DNA from: an uncultured Candidatus Woesearchaeota archaeon
Lineage (GTDB): Archaea > Nanobdellota > Nanobdellia > Woesearchaeales > DSVV01
Assembly (NCBI GenBank): GCA_963717515.1
Contig: OY970338.1
Span: 1,448,621-1,512,620 of the forward strand
Reading direction: 5' to 3'
Length of the DNA stretch: 64,000 bases
Shown piece by piece: positions 1 to 10,412 of this stretch (position 1 is the first letter of the stretch; the number at the start of each line of letters is the position of its first letter). Position numbers and translations under genes: made by a program. The notes beneath the pieces were generated by a model. It worked only from the letters and a program-made list of their open reading frames with translations, had not been told where the DNA came from and did not search any database.

Positions 1-164
1 ATTTGAGCTCGGCGCTTCTATCTCACTGTTTTTTGCTGTCAGGCATGCGATACAAATGCATCAGAAGGGATGAGACCAGTCTTTTCACATCATTGCACTT
101 CTCCTGTAATGTGCAGGAAAATTCACCACAAACAATATTAATAAGCTATGAATGCCTTTCTGGC

Positions 165-782
165 ATGGACAAGAAATATCTTCTATTAATAGGGGTTCTT
201 GCAGTCGTCCTGATTGCACTTGCGTGGAATTTCTTAAGGGTCGGGCCTGTTGCAGATGCAAATCCAAATGAGGTGAATAAGATGGCTGAGATTGTTGTAC
301 TTGAGACTAATATGGGAGATATCGAGATAGGGCTTGACAAGGGGCATGCGCCTGTGACTGTGGATAATTTCCTGCAGTATGTCGATGAGGGGTTCTATGA
401 CGGGACCATATTCCACAGGGTCATAAAGGGCTTCATGATACAGGGCGGCGGGTTCACGCCTGACGGGGTCCAGAAACAGACCCAGGCTCCGATAAAACTT
501 GAGTCAGGCAACGGCCTGAAGAATGTCATAGGCACGGTTGCCATGGCGAGGACGAGCGTGCCTGACAGCGCGACAAGCCAGTTCTTCATAAACACTGCTG
601 ATAACAGTTTCCTTGACAGGGCTTCGGGCAATGACGGATACGCAGTGTTCGGGAGGGTGATATCCGGGATGGATGTTGTCGAGAAGATTGAATCAGTCGG
701 GACAGGAGCAAAGGGGCAGAACAAGGACTGGCCGCTCAAGGATGTCATCATCAATAAAGCTTATGTCAAGAGTTCACAATGA
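165..782 (+). CDS. ppiA: Cyclophilin-type peptidyl-prolyl isomerase with N-terminal membrane anchor/signal
   Basis: Motifs FYDGTIFHRVIKGFMIQGGG, AMART, ATSQFFIN, YAVFGRV; likely ATG at 165 (MDKKYLLLIGVLAVVLIALAW). Confidence 0.95.
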   Translation: MDKKYLLLIGVLAVVLIALAWNFLRVGPVADANPNEVNKMAEIVVLETNMGDIEIGLDKGHAPVTVDNFLQYVDEGFYDGTIFHRVIKGFMIQGGGFTPDGVQKQTQAPIKLESGNGLKNVIGTVAMARTSVPDSATSQFFINTADNSFLDRASGNDGYAVFGRVISGMDVVEKIESVGTGAKGQNKDWPLKDVIINKAYVKSSQ

Positions 783-2117
783 TGCGACCTTAAGAAGAGC
801 CTCTCTTGTCTTCTCGATGTCTTTTGGAAAAGTGTCTGCATAGTATGATGCCAGCAACGCGGCGTCCGAATTCCCAATCTTGCCGTCGACAATGTATCCT
901 CTCTTCCTGGCATATGCAAGGATGCTGTCTGAGACTGACATTTTCGATTCTATCATGTCATAGACAGGCCTGATTATCCTGTAATAAGACCTGGGAGTCG
1001 CTGAGCGGGCGAACAAGTACAGCCTCTTAGCATAATTAAGCATCTCATCCTTTTCATAGCCATGGTATGCACTCCATAACTGGAGATTATTCCTGACATA
1101 CGTGTGCGGAGGGATATACATGACATTCCCCTCGACCTTGAATGCCTCATCAATGGCGAAATCCGCAGGGATGACCTCTAAGAAATCCCTCTGGATCTTC
1201 TTCAGGCAGTATTTCAGCATGACTGTTATTCCGACGACGACAGACATGTAGTTTATGTCCATGCCCCTCTGTTCAAGGGTGCCGTGCTTGTTTATCTTCA
1301 CAGGGTGCCATCCGATGTCGAGCTTGAACGGGTAGAGGACATTGAAATCCACTGACGGGTCGACTTTCTTGACTTCTCTTTCCCATCGTATCCATCTTCT
1401 GGAGAGGCTTATCAGGAGGTCGGTCGCTGTCTGCTTGTACGGAGGAAGCCCTCCTATTTGCTGGAGCGTTGCATAGACCCCTCCCATGTACCGGAGCTTC
1501 CTTCCTCCCCTGTAAATGAGGGTCCGGGAATCCTTTGCAAGGTACTGCCCTTCGAGTAAGGGGGATGACTGGGCATATAGGGTGAGGGCCGGGTCTGCTG
1601 CAATCTCGAAATTATAGGATGCCATCATGGACCTCTCGAGCTTGCTCTTCCTCATCAGCTTGAGGAGCTTCTCCCTCGCATCAAACACCCCTTTTGGCAG
1701 GCTGTAATGGTGATGGAATCCCGTCGCCCTTGCTGCATTTTCTATCTTCGGATAGCCGAATATCTTCTTCTTTATGTCGTATTGCAGGCCCTTAGTGAGC
1801 ATTGGCTGGAACTTTCCAGGATAAGTGGCAAATGGATAGAGCTTCAATCCGTTCTCCCTGCAGATATCGAGGCTCTTCTGTATTGAGTCGATCAGGTCGA
1901 TCGTCGGGTTGACAGCCGGGACATCGGGATAGCAGCCGAACTCAATCATGTTCATGCCGACCTCCTTGCTCACATCTACATTCTTATGGGTGTGCCTGAT
2001 GGCGGAAATCACTTTTGAGGAATCATTGGAGATATAGCCTTTGTCGTCGATGATATGGAACTCCGCCTCGATGCCTGTCTTTGATCTCTTGAGCGGCCTC
2101 TCTTTCTTTTTTACCAT
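774..2117 (-). CDS. Glutamate-cysteine ligase-like (GCS2) carboxylate-amine ligase
   Basis: N-terminal TGIEAEFHIID (GxExE), KE...MIE, GFHHHY (GxHxH), HGTLEQRGMD (TxExRxxD). Confidence 0.8.
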   Translation of the reverse strand: MVKKKERPLKRSKTGIEAEFHIIDDKGYISNDSSKVISAIRHTHKNVDVSKEVGMNMIEFGCYPDVPAVNPTIDLIDSIQKSLDICRENGLKLYPFATYPGKFQPMLTKGLQYDIKKKIFGYPKIENAARATGFHHHYSLPKGVFDAREKLLKLMRKSKLERSMMASYNFEIAADPALTLYAQSSPLLEGQYLAKDSRTLIYRGGRKLRYMGGVYATLQQIGGLPPYKQTATDLLISLSRRWIRWEREVKKVDPSVDFNVLYPFKLDIGWHPVKINKHGTLEQRGMDINYMSVVVGITVMLKYCLKKIQRDFLEVIPADFAIDEAFKVEGNVMYIPPHTYVRNNLQLWSAYHGYEKDEMLNYAKRLYLFARSATPRSYYRIIRPVYDMIESKMSVSDSILAYARKRGYIVDGKIGNSDAALLASYYADTFPKDIEKTREALLKVASL

Positions 2118-2231
2118 ACTCAATAAAGATTTGGGTATCCTTTATATAATTAATTATTTTAAATGTGTACGACCGATTTTGTCACGGAGTTTGCCGGATA
2201 ATTTAAATATCCCCGGTGGTTTTTGGGGCTG

Positions 2232-3560
2232 ATGGACAGGTCAGCGGAGGATGAATTGAGGAATTGCATCCTTGATGACAAAACCCTTGCGATGAAGTCA
2301 TTGGGCATAATAGGCAGGGGGTATTCTGATGCAGGCATGAAGGCAGGAGGCAGGATGCTGCCCTCATTCCTTTTTGCAAATTTCCTATCGGCAGATCAGT
2401 TTGAAAAAATCAGGCATTATGCTGAAGGGTTTGCAGGCATACTCAGCAGGATAGCTGATCATATCTGCAATGATTCAATGAATAATTTTATCGATATCGA
2501 CGTCCCGGAATACGGGCTGTTCAGCAGAGACTCTCATTGTGATGATGCAGACATGATAATCAGGCTTGACATGTTCTTTGACGGCAGAAGCCTGAAGCTT
2601 GTGGAATACAACTGCGAGAGCCCGTCCGGCATGGGAAGGATTGCACTCATAGAAAAGATATATCAGGGCATTCCACAGCTGGAAAGGTTCAGGAACAGGA
2701 TGCTTCATAAATTTGATACAATGGATATATTGCTGGATTTGACCCTTCAGGCCTACAGGAAGCATGGAGGCAGGAATAAGAGCCCTTTGATTGCGCTTGT
2801 GGACTGGAAAGATGTCGTGACTATCGCTGACCAGGAATACATCATAAGGTATTTCAATTCAATGGGACTTAGGGCAATCTGTTGTGAGCCTGGCGGCCTG
2901 AAGTATTCAGAAGGGAAGCTGTATCATGGACAAGACCGGATAGACATAGTCTTTCGGAGGGTGATTGCCAGGGAGCTCATGGAAAGGGAAAGCAGCTGCC
3001 GGGATTTCATACAGGCATTGAAGGAAGGCAGTGTCTGTGTCATCAACCCGAACATCTCCATTGTCCTCAATGACAAGAGGCTACTGGATCATCTGAGCAG
3101 GGGGAGTTTCGACATGCTGCTTGATGATGAGATGATTAAAATCATAAGGGACATAGTTCCCTGGACCAGGAAGGTTGCTGATAGGACAGTCACTGGCCCA
3201 GCAGGCAAAAAGATCAAGCTGGATGAGTATATCCTGGAAAACAGGGAGAGGCTGGTGCTCAAGCCTGGGATTGGGTATGGGGGCTCGCAGGTGGTACTGG
3301 GATGCGAAGCGGATGACAATGTCTGGGCAGATGCGCTGAATAGTGCGCTTGCCTTACAGGACTGGGTAGTGCAGGAGTATGTGGATATACCGGAAATCGA
3401 GGTCTTCGGCAAAGACGGGTTTGAGAAAAAATACATCAATCTAAGCCCGTTTGTCATCGGCAGGAGACTATCGGGCTTCTTCACTAGGGTATCTGATTCA
3501 AAGATAATCAACATCAGCAAAGGCGGCGGGCTCATACCTACTTATGTTCTGAAAAAGTGA
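2232..3560 (+). CDS. Circularly permuted ATP-grasp (glutathionylspermidine-synthase-like) ligase
   Basis: RLDMFF...KLVEYNCESPSG, IDIVFRR, NDKRLL, LVLKPGIGYGGSQVVLG, WVVQEYV, INISKGGG. Confidence 0.85.
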   Translation: MDRSAEDELRNCILDDKTLAMKSLGIIGRGYSDAGMKAGGRMLPSFLFANFLSADQFEKIRHYAEGFAGILSRIADHICNDSMNNFIDIDVPEYGLFSRDSHCDDADMIIRLDMFFDGRSLKLVEYNCESPSGMGRIALIEKIYQGIPQLERFRNRMLHKFDTMDILLDLTLQAYRKHGGRNKSPLIALVDWKDVVTIADQEYIIRYFNSMGLRAICCEPGGLKYSEGKLYHGQDRIDIVFRRVIARELMERESSCRDFIQALKEGSVCVINPNISIVLNDKRLLDHLSRGSFDMLLDDEMIKIIRDIVPWTRKVADRTVTGPAGKKIKLDEYILENRERLVLKPGIGYGGSQVVLGCEADDNVWADALNSALALQDWVVQEYVDIPEIEVFGKDGFEKKYINLSPFVIGRRLSGFFTRVSDSKIINISKGGGLIPTYVLKK

Positions 3561-3566
3561 GAATAT

Positions 3567-4724
3567 TCACTTCAGCATCTTTTCTGACGCCTTCGTCTTC
3601 TTGTCTGCGAACTCCGGCCAGTCCTTGAGATTCTCTTCCGGCGGATCGATATCGAAGATGTTGACAAGGTCAAGAGAGAGCTTCTCAAGCTTCTTATTCA
3701 CAGAAACTGTCCTGTCCCTGTTCATGTAGAGCTTCTTGTTGACCTCCATCGAGAATATGAACATGTCCGGGTATTTTGTGCTGAGCCATCTCAGGATATA
3801 TCCTCCACCGTACGGCGTGTTGAGCAGGACCGGGCTGTAGCCGAGGCCTATCATCTTCCTCTGCATGCTTGTGGCTATCGGGATATAGAAGTTCGGTATG
3901 TAGCGCGTGCCAATGCTTATGTTCGGCCTGCCAGGGAGGTCTTTCATGGAATGCCCGTCGAATATTATGTTGAACTTGTAGGTATTGACCAGGGTCGAGA
4001 GCATGAAATAGAATTCCCTGTAGGAGTTGAATATCTCCTTGTATTCTGACTTTGATGGGAGCTCTTTCCAGACATCCGAGTATTTTCCCCTGCGGATGTT
4101 GTAGTTGTCGTAGACAGCCCTCTCGATCCCCCTGTTGAAGTCAATCACGAACCTTGACTTCTTGTTGTCTATCCATATCCCTCCTTTCTCGAGCACGAGC
4201 TTGCTGTAGATCCTGTGCGTGTCCCTGTCCTCCTCGAGCCTCCTGTCTTTCTCTGTGACCAACTGCTTCTTCTTTATCTTCTCCGGCACCCAGGTCCCTG
4301 AATGTATTGTCAGCAGGAGGACATTGAATGAATTCTTCTTGTAGTTGTCATAGATTATCACTCCGTTCTTGGTTATGGTGAGGTTGATATCCTTATATTT
4401 CGGATGAAGATACTCGAGGTCCCGCTTCACAAGCTCATATAGCTCAATGCCATCGAAAAAATTCTTGAAATACAGCCTGTTCCTGTCCCTGTGGAACTCA
4501 TGGAGCGTACCTGTCAGGAGCTTTCCGAATATCTTGTAGCTCTTCAGGACAGAGATGAAATTCAGGTGCGGCTCTTCCTCTATCAGGTTCACCAGCCTGT
4601 TCATCAGCTTGAAGAGGAAGAACCTTTTTGATATGCCTATTGTTAGCGAGGAAGAAGTCGGCCTGATGAGCACAGGGCTGATGTTCTCGAGGAACTCCAT
4701 AATCTTTTCCATGGGCTTATCCAT
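3567..4724 (-). CDS. N-formylglutamate amidohydrolase-family Zn peptidase with N-terminal extension
   Basis: HSGT, EEDRDT, SRFVIDFNR, DGHSM, NTPYGGGYI, MEVNKKLYM. Confidence 0.85.
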   Translation of the reverse strand: MDKPMEKIMEFLENISPVLIRPTSSSLTIGISKRFFLFKLMNRLVNLIEEEPHLNFISVLKSYKIFGKLLTGTLHEFHRDRNRLYFKNFFDGIELYELVKRDLEYLHPKYKDINLTITKNGVIIYDNYKKNSFNVLLLTIHSGTWVPEKIKKKQLVTEKDRRLEEDRDTHRIYSKLVLEKGGIWIDNKKSRFVIDFNRGIERAVYDNYNIRRGKYSDVWKELPSKSEYKEIFNSYREFYFMLSTLVNTYKFNIIFDGHSMKDLPGRPNISIGTRYIPNFYIPIATSMQRKMIGLGYSPVLLNTPYGGGYILRWLSTKYPDMFIFSMEVNKKLYMNRDRTVSVNKKLEKLSLDLVNIFDIDPPEENLKDWPEFADKKTKASEKMLK

Positions 4725-4768
4725 TGCATATCGCTAAACAGAACACATTAATATATTTAACTATGGAA

Positions 4769-5428
4769 TCAGTCTTCAGAGACTGTAGCATCCCTTCCGA
4801 TGAAGACGCTTGAGATTCCATGCACAATCCTCAGGACAAACTCAAGCAGGATCACGAAGAGCAGGTAATAGACAAGATATTGGGCAAGGTCAGGAATCGC
4901 CACTGCTGCCTGGAGCGAGTTGGTGATCGAGAAATAGCTGACATCTATCAGGAACACGCCGAGAAGTGCGAAGGGTATCATCTTCGCAAGGTCCTGGGAG
5001 AGGTTCTCACTGTAGTAGGATGTTATCCTCACAGCTGCCACAATCGAGGCTGAGGTGAGAAGTATCGAGTCAGGGTTCAGGTTCTTCGAGAGCAGGAGAA
5101 GGAGCGCTGCAAGCACAAAGAACCAGAAGAACACGAGTATAGGGATCAGGATGAGGTTCTCAAGCACATAGAATAACCCTCTCCCGACATGGTTCATAAC
5201 GCCTTCATACGACTCGTAATATCTTGTCTTGAAATGGATTATGTCCCTCCTTGCCAGGAACTTGTAGAACTTGTACACAAAGATTGCGTATATTGTCATG
5301 CCGATGACAAAATACATGAGGGGCTTGACACCGTTCATGAAGTCTGTGAGGGAGAAATTCGAGATCGTGAAATGCGAGAGGGACTCTTTGGAGAAGGACA
5401 TGTTGAGGGCAGAGATGTTGATTGCCAT
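4769..5428 (-). CDS. Hypothetical multi-pass membrane protein
   Basis: About 5 hydrophobic segments; probable start MAINIS. Confidence 0.7.
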   Translation of the reverse strand: MAINISALNMSFSKESLSHFTISNFSLTDFMNGVKPLMYFVIGMTIYAIFVYKFYKFLARRDIIHFKTRYYESYEGVMNHVGRGLFYVLENLILIPILVFFWFFVLAALLLLLSKNLNPDSILLTSASIVAAVRITSYYSENLSQDLAKMIPFALLGVFLIDVSYFSITNSLQAAVAIPDLAQYLVYYLLFVILLEFVLRIVHGISSVFIGRDATVSED

Positions 5429-5516
5429 GGAATCCCTGTTGTTGATAGGATTTTTAAATGTTTCTTTTTTTTGGGTTTCACAAACATTTAAAAACAATAA
5501 TTTTTTCTCTCAGATA

Positions 5517-6077
5517 ATGGATGAATTCCAGTACGAGCTGAAGATGCCCAGGGACAGGGTGGCTGTTCTCATTGGCAAGAAAGGCGAGATAAAGAAGGAG
5601 CTTGAGAATAACACCCATACAAAGATAACAGTCGACTCAAAGGAAGGGGATGTATTTGTAAGGGGCAATGATGCCTTGAGCCTATATACTGCCAAAGAGA
5701 TAATCACGGCTATCGCGAGGGGCTTCAATCCTGACATAGCGCAGAGCCTGCTCAAGCAGGATTACTGTTTCGAGCTCATCAGGACTGACGACTTTGTCAA
5801 GAGCAAGAACAGCCAGCTGAGGCTCAAAGGCAGGGTCATCGGCAAGGAAGGCAGGTCAAGGAAGGCTATCGAGATGCTCACAGAAACATATATATGTGTC
5901 TACGGCAAGACCATTGGCATAATAGGGCTGACCGAGGATGTCGCAAACGCAAAGAGGGCCGTCGAGTCGCTTCTCTCAGGCAGCCCGCATTCGAATGTCT
6001 TCAGGTGGCTTGAGAAGGTCAGAAGAGACCAGAGAAGGTTCGATATAGAGGATAAAGATGGCGCAGGGAAAATCTAG
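5517..6077 (+). CDS. KH-domain ribosome biogenesis protein (Dim2/Pno1/Krr1 family)
   Basis: [43 protein letters not shown]; usual position upstream of top6B. Confidence 0.92.
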   Translation: MDEFQYELKMPRDRVAVLIGKKGEIKKELENNTHTKITVDSKEGDVFVRGNDALSLYTAKEIITAIARGFNPDIAQSLLKQDYCFELIRTDDFVKSKNSQLRLKGRVIGKEGRSRKAIEMLTETYICVYGKTIGIIGLTEDVANAKRAVESLLSGSPHSNVFRWLEKVRRDQRRFDIEDKDGAGKI

Positions 6078-7767
6078 CATAAAGGCAGTGGAGCTTGCAA
6101 AAGGCCAGAGAGAGATAGGGGTAGCAGAGTTCTTCTCAAGGAACAGGCATCTGCTCGGGTTCGACAACAAGAAGAAGGCGCTCATGACAACCATCAAGGA
6201 GGCTGTCGACAACTCCCTTGACGCTTGTGAAGAAGGAGGGGTCCTTCCTGAGATACAGGTCGAGATAATAGACATGCAGAATGACAGGTTCAGGGTGATA
6301 GTCGAGGACAACGGCCCGGGCATAGTCAAGAAGCAGATCCCGAAGATATTTGCAAAGCTCCTCTACGGCTCAAAGTTCCACAGGCTAAAGATGAGCAGGG
6401 GGCAGCAGGGAATCGGCATATCAGCAAGCGTGATGTACGGCCAGCTGACGACAGGAAGGCCGGCAAAGATAATATCCAAGATAGACCCGACTGAGCCAGC
6501 GCATTATTACGAGCTGAAAATAAACACCCAGAAGAACACCCCTGAGATATTGAAGGAAGCCATGATGGACTGGCCTAAGGAGCACGGCACCAGGGTGGAG
6601 ATTGATATCGAGGCGACATATTCAGGCGGCCAGCAGTCGGTGGACCAGTACCTGAAGGAGACTGCAATCATAAACCCACATGTAACGATAATATACACCA
6701 ACCCGAAGGCCCAACAGATAATATTCCCCCGGGTGACAGAGATACTGCCCAAGGAGGCAAAGGAGATCAAGCCCCATCCATACGGAGTCGAGCTCGGCGT
6801 GCTCATGAACATGCTCAAGATGACTGAGTTCCGGACTCTCCAGGCATTCCTGACCAACGAGTTCTCGCGGGTAGGTGCAGGGACTGCAAAGCAGATCTGT
6901 GAGAATGCCGCGCTCCTTCCTAACAGCCAACCCAAACGCATATCAAGGGAGCAGGTTGAGAAGCTCATCGATGGAATAAAGAAGACGAAGATAATAGCTC
7001 CACCTACGGACAGCATAAGCCCGATTGGGGAATCGCTCATCGAGAAGGGGCTGAGAAAAGAGATAAACGCGGAATTCTACTGTGCCACTACAAGACCGCC
7101 GTCTGTGTACAGGGGAAACCCGTTCATCATCGAAGCCGGCCTCGCATACGGCGGTGCTCAGGAAAGAGAAGGACAGATAAACATAATGAGGTTCGCAAAC
7201 AGGGTGCCTCTCCTCTACCAACAGGGTGCATGCGTTGTGACAAAATCCATAACAGCGACGAACTGGAGGTCATACGGCCTTTCCCAGAGCTCAGGGGCAA
7301 TACCTCAGGGGCCTTGTACAATCCTGGTCCACATCGCGTCAGTGTGGGTGCCTTTCACGTCAGAGAGCAAGGAGGCAATCGCCCATTATCCTGAGATAAT
7401 CAAGGAGATTAAACTCGCTCTTCAGGAATGCGGACGGATGCTCGGAAGCTATGTAAACAAGAAGAAGAGGGTGCATGACGAGCTCAAGAAAAGAGGCTAT
7501 ATCGAGAAGTACATACCCCATGTCGCAGAGGCGCTCAGGGACATTCTCGGCCATGTCGACATGGCGACAATCGAGAAGAATCTCAGGGAGATGCTCGAGT
7601 CCAAGAGGGGCAGGATTGACGACCTGGAATTTGACCCTTCAAAAAATGTGGACTATGATGAGGAATTTGCGAAGATCGGCAGGGATGAAGAGTCTCATGA
7701 CGACATTGGTGATGATTCAGGAGATGATTCAGGGGAAGATCAGGGCGTTGAAGGTGATGAAGAATGA
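6058..7767 (+). CDS. top6B: DNA topoisomerase VI subunit B
   Basis: [61 protein letters not shown]. Confidence 0.98.
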   Translation: MAQGKSSIKAVELAKGQREIGVAEFFSRNRHLLGFDNKKKALMTTIKEAVDNSLDACEEGGVLPEIQVEIIDMQNDRFRVIVEDNGPGIVKKQIPKIFAKLLYGSKFHRLKMSRGQQGIGISASVMYGQLTTGRPAKIISKIDPTEPAHYYELKINTQKNTPEILKEAMMDWPKEHGTRVEIDIEATYSGGQQSVDQYLKETAIINPHVTIIYTNPKAQQIIFPRVTEILPKEAKEIKPHPYGVELGVLMNMLKMTEFRTLQAFLTNEFSRVGAGTAKQICENAALLPNSQPKRISREQVEKLIDGIKKTKIIAPPTDSISPIGESLIEKGLRKEINAEFYCATTRPPSVYRGNPFIIEAGLAYGGAQEREGQINIMRFANRVPLLYQQGACVVTKSITATNWRSYGLSQSSGAIPQGPCTILVHIASVWVPFTSESKEAIAHYPEIIKEIKLALQECGRMLGSYVNKKKRVHDELKKRGYIEKYIPHVAEALRDILGHVDMATIEKNLREMLESKRGRIDDLEFDPSKNVDYDEEFAKIGRDEESHDDIGDDSGDDSGEDQGVEGDEE

Positions 7768-8858
7768 GCGCGAAGAACACAAATACACTTGCAGGCATAA
7801 AGAACATCGCAGCTGGTGTCCTGAACAAGGTCATGAAGAAGAAGCATCCATCGCTTTCCATGCCTATCAGGTCCCTTCAGAATGTGAAATACGACCCCAA
7901 GGACGGTTATTTCGAGCTAGTGGGAAAGATGAAGGAGAGGACCCTTACGGCATCAACTGTCAAGACTTTTGCCCAGACCCTCAGGTTGATGAGCTTCTCA
8001 AAGGAGCTAATCGAGACAAACGACATCGCAACAAAGAGGGAGGCTTATTACATCAGCAAGAACTGGGGGGATGCAAGGTTCAAGGAGCAACCCGAGTCAG
8101 ACACTATTATGGATGATGTCGAGGCCATGATGATGGTCAATCGCGAGCAAATAGGCTTCATCCCAGAGGAGAAGGGAGGTGACATCGCAGGCAGGTTGAT
8201 TGTCGTCGACAAAGATCCAGAGACTGGAAAGGAGCTGAAGATAGACTGCACAAAGTTCGGCTCAGGGGCATACTCTATTCCCAGCTCTGTCGAGGAGCTC
8301 AAGTTCGAGACAAACGCGAAATTCATACTTGCGATAGAGACTGCAGGTATGTTCCAGAGGCTGGTCAAGCATAATTACTGGAAAAAGGCAAACTGCATCC
8401 TGATATCGATGGGAGGGGTGCCGACGAGGGCCTGCAGGAGGTTCATCAGGAGGCTTTCCGACGATAAGAAGCTGCCCGTCTATGCATTCACAGACGGCGA
8501 TTTCTACGGTTATTTCAACATATACAGGACATTGAAGGTCGGCTCGGGCAATGCTGCTCACATCAACCAGTATTTCTGCGTGCCGAATGCCAAGTTCATA
8601 GGCATAACTCCAGAGGATATAATTGAATACCAGCTTCCGACACATCCAATGAAGGATGTCGACATAAAGCGGGGCAGGGACGCGATGAAGAACGACCCGT
8701 TCGTCATCCACCATAAGCCCTGGCAGAATGCCATAAAGCAGCAGATAGCCCTGAAGAAGAGGGCAGAACAGCAGGCGCTTGCCAAGCACGGGCTGAATTT
8801 CGTGATATCAGATTACCTTCCGAAGAAGCTCGGCGACCAGAAGAAGTGGCTGCCCTGA
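7764..8858 (+). CDS. top6A: DNA topoisomerase VI subunit A
   Basis: [46 protein letters not shown]; ATGA overlap with top6B. Confidence 0.98.
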   Translation: MSAKNTNTLAGIKNIAAGVLNKVMKKKHPSLSMPIRSLQNVKYDPKDGYFELVGKMKERTLTASTVKTFAQTLRLMSFSKELIETNDIATKREAYYISKNWGDARFKEQPESDTIMDDVEAMMMVNREQIGFIPEEKGGDIAGRLIVVDKDPETGKELKIDCTKFGSGAYSIPSSVEELKFETNAKFILAIETAGMFQRLVKHNYWKKANCILISMGGVPTRACRRFIRRLSDDKKLPVYAFTDGDFYGYFNIYRTLKVGSGNAAHINQYFCVPNAKFIGITPEDIIEYQLPTHPMKDVDIKRGRDAMKNDPFVIHHKPWQNAIKQQIALKKRAEQQALAKHGLNFVISDYLPKKLGDQKKWLP

Positions 8859-8863
8859 ATTGA

Positions 8864-9760
8864 TCACATCTGCTGGAGCCTTCTTATCCTCTCCTGTATC
8901 GGTGGATGCGTAGAGAACAAGCCTTCGACAAACCCGCTCCTTTTTCGGAAAGGAGTCGATATGAAGAGGTGGGCAGTCGCCTTGTTCGCCTTGTCGACGA
9001 GCGGGTCAGGGTCCTTTGATATCTTCTCAAGCGCGCTTGCAAGCCCCGGCGGATACCTCGTGAGCGTCGCTCCGCTCGAGTCTGCCATATATTCCCGCTT
9101 CCTGCTTATCGCAAGCTTTATGAGCTGGCCGATTATAGGCGCCAGTATCGCAAGCAGCAGCCCGACGACTATCATTATCACTCCCAGCTGACCACTGTTC
9201 CTGTCCCTGCTCTTCCCTCCCCAGAGAAACGACCTGAGCATGAAATCGCTCAGCAGCGTGACGATGCCCACAAGGACAGCTGTAAGCATCATGAACCTGA
9301 TATCATAGTTCTTTATATGCGACATCTCGTGGGCGATGACGCCTTCGAGCTCCTGCCTGTTCATGACTTTCAGGAGGCCGGTCGTTACTGTTATCGATGC
9401 GTTCTTAGGATCCCTGCCGGTGGCGAACGCGTTCATGGCAGAGTCGTCAATCACGTACGCCTTCGGTGTCGGGATGCCTGCTGATACAGCAAGTCCCTCA
9501 ATCGTGTGATAGAGGTACGGATACTCCTGCTTGGTCACTGGCTTTGCGCCTGACATCTTCAGGATCATGCTGTCGCCTGAATAGTATCCTATAAGAGAAT
9601 ATATTATCGCAACTATCATGGCAAGGACAACCCCGAAATATATGTTGCCCATGTACACCCCGAATGCAACACCTAAAAAGGATATCAATACAACGAAGAA
9701 AAAGATGAGGAACCATGACTTTATCATGTTGTTCCTTGTCTCATTGAAAGATATCCGCAT
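8864..9760 (-). CDS. htpX: M48 zinc metalloprotease HtpX
   Basis: NAFATGRDP, ELEGVIAHEMSHI, SRKREYMAD, FSTHPP; downstream of lemA. Confidence 0.95.
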   Translation of the reverse strand: MRISFNETRNNMIKSWFLIFFFVVLISFLGVAFGVYMGNIYFGVVLAMIVAIIYSLIGYYSGDSMILKMSGAKPVTKQEYPYLYHTIEGLAVSAGIPTPKAYVIDDSAMNAFATGRDPKNASITVTTGLLKVMNRQELEGVIAHEMSHIKNYDIRFMMLTAVLVGIVTLLSDFMLRSFLWGGKSRDRNSGQLGVIMIVVGLLLAILAPIIGQLIKLAISRKREYMADSSGATLTRYPPGLASALEKISKDPDPLVDKANKATAHLFISTPFRKRSGFVEGLFSTHPPIQERIRRLQQM

Positions 9761-9770
9761 AACCCATCAC

Positions 9771-10319
9771 CTAGAACTCGACCTTGACGTTCTTTCTCTC
9801 TTCTTCTGCAGCTTCGAACTGCTTCTCTTCTGTGAAGTGGAACATTCCTGCGAACATGTTGTTAGGGAATGTCTCAATCTTGGTGTTGAAGAGCATGACT
9901 ATGTCGTTGTAGTGCTGCCTTGCATAGGCAATCTTGTTCTCTGTGCCGGTGAGCTCTTCCTGGAGCTGGAGGAAGTTCTGGTTTGCCTTGAGGTCCGGGT
10001 AGTTCTCTGAGACTGCGAAAAGTGATTTCAGAGTCTGCGACAGCATGTTCGAAGCCTTCGCCGTGTCCTCGACAGACTGGGCAGCGAGCACAGCAGAGCG
10101 TGCCTTTGTTATGTTCTCAAGAGTCGTCTTCTCATGCTTCATGTAGCCCTTGACAGTGCTTACGAGATTAGGTATGAGATCGTTTCTCCTCTTTAGCTGG
10201 ACATCTATCTGCGCCCAGCTGTTCTTGACCTGGTTCCTGAGCCTTATGAGGCTGTTGTACATCAGTATGATGAACAGGACAACCACTACGGCTATTATTC
10301 CTATAATCCATCCTATCAT
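9771..10319 (-). CDS. lemA: LemA family protein
   Basis: [46 protein letters not shown]. Confidence 0.97.
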   Translation of the reverse strand: MIGWIIGIIAVVVVLFIILMYNSLIRLRNQVKNSWAQIDVQLKRRNDLIPNLVSTVKGYMKHEKTTLENITKARSAVLAAQSVEDTAKASNMLSQTLKSLFAVSENYPDLKANQNFLQLQEELTGTENKIAYARQHYNDIVMLFNTKIETFPNNMFAGMFHFTEEKQFEAAEEERKNVKVEF

Positions 10320-10412
10320 TTTTTCACCCCGTGATGAAAGATCATTGAATGAGACATCAATCAGTTATATAAATATTTTGTTAAATGATTGTATACAATG
10401 CTTTAGGAGAGA

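Noticed and set aside
1-95. Possible frameshifted signal-peptide gene start on the minus strand (VKRLVSSLLM / CIACLTAK)
   Set aside because: Truncated by the window edge and too short to support
7700-7765. GATGATTCAGG duplication at the end of top6B
   Set aside because: Ordinary low-complexity acidic tail
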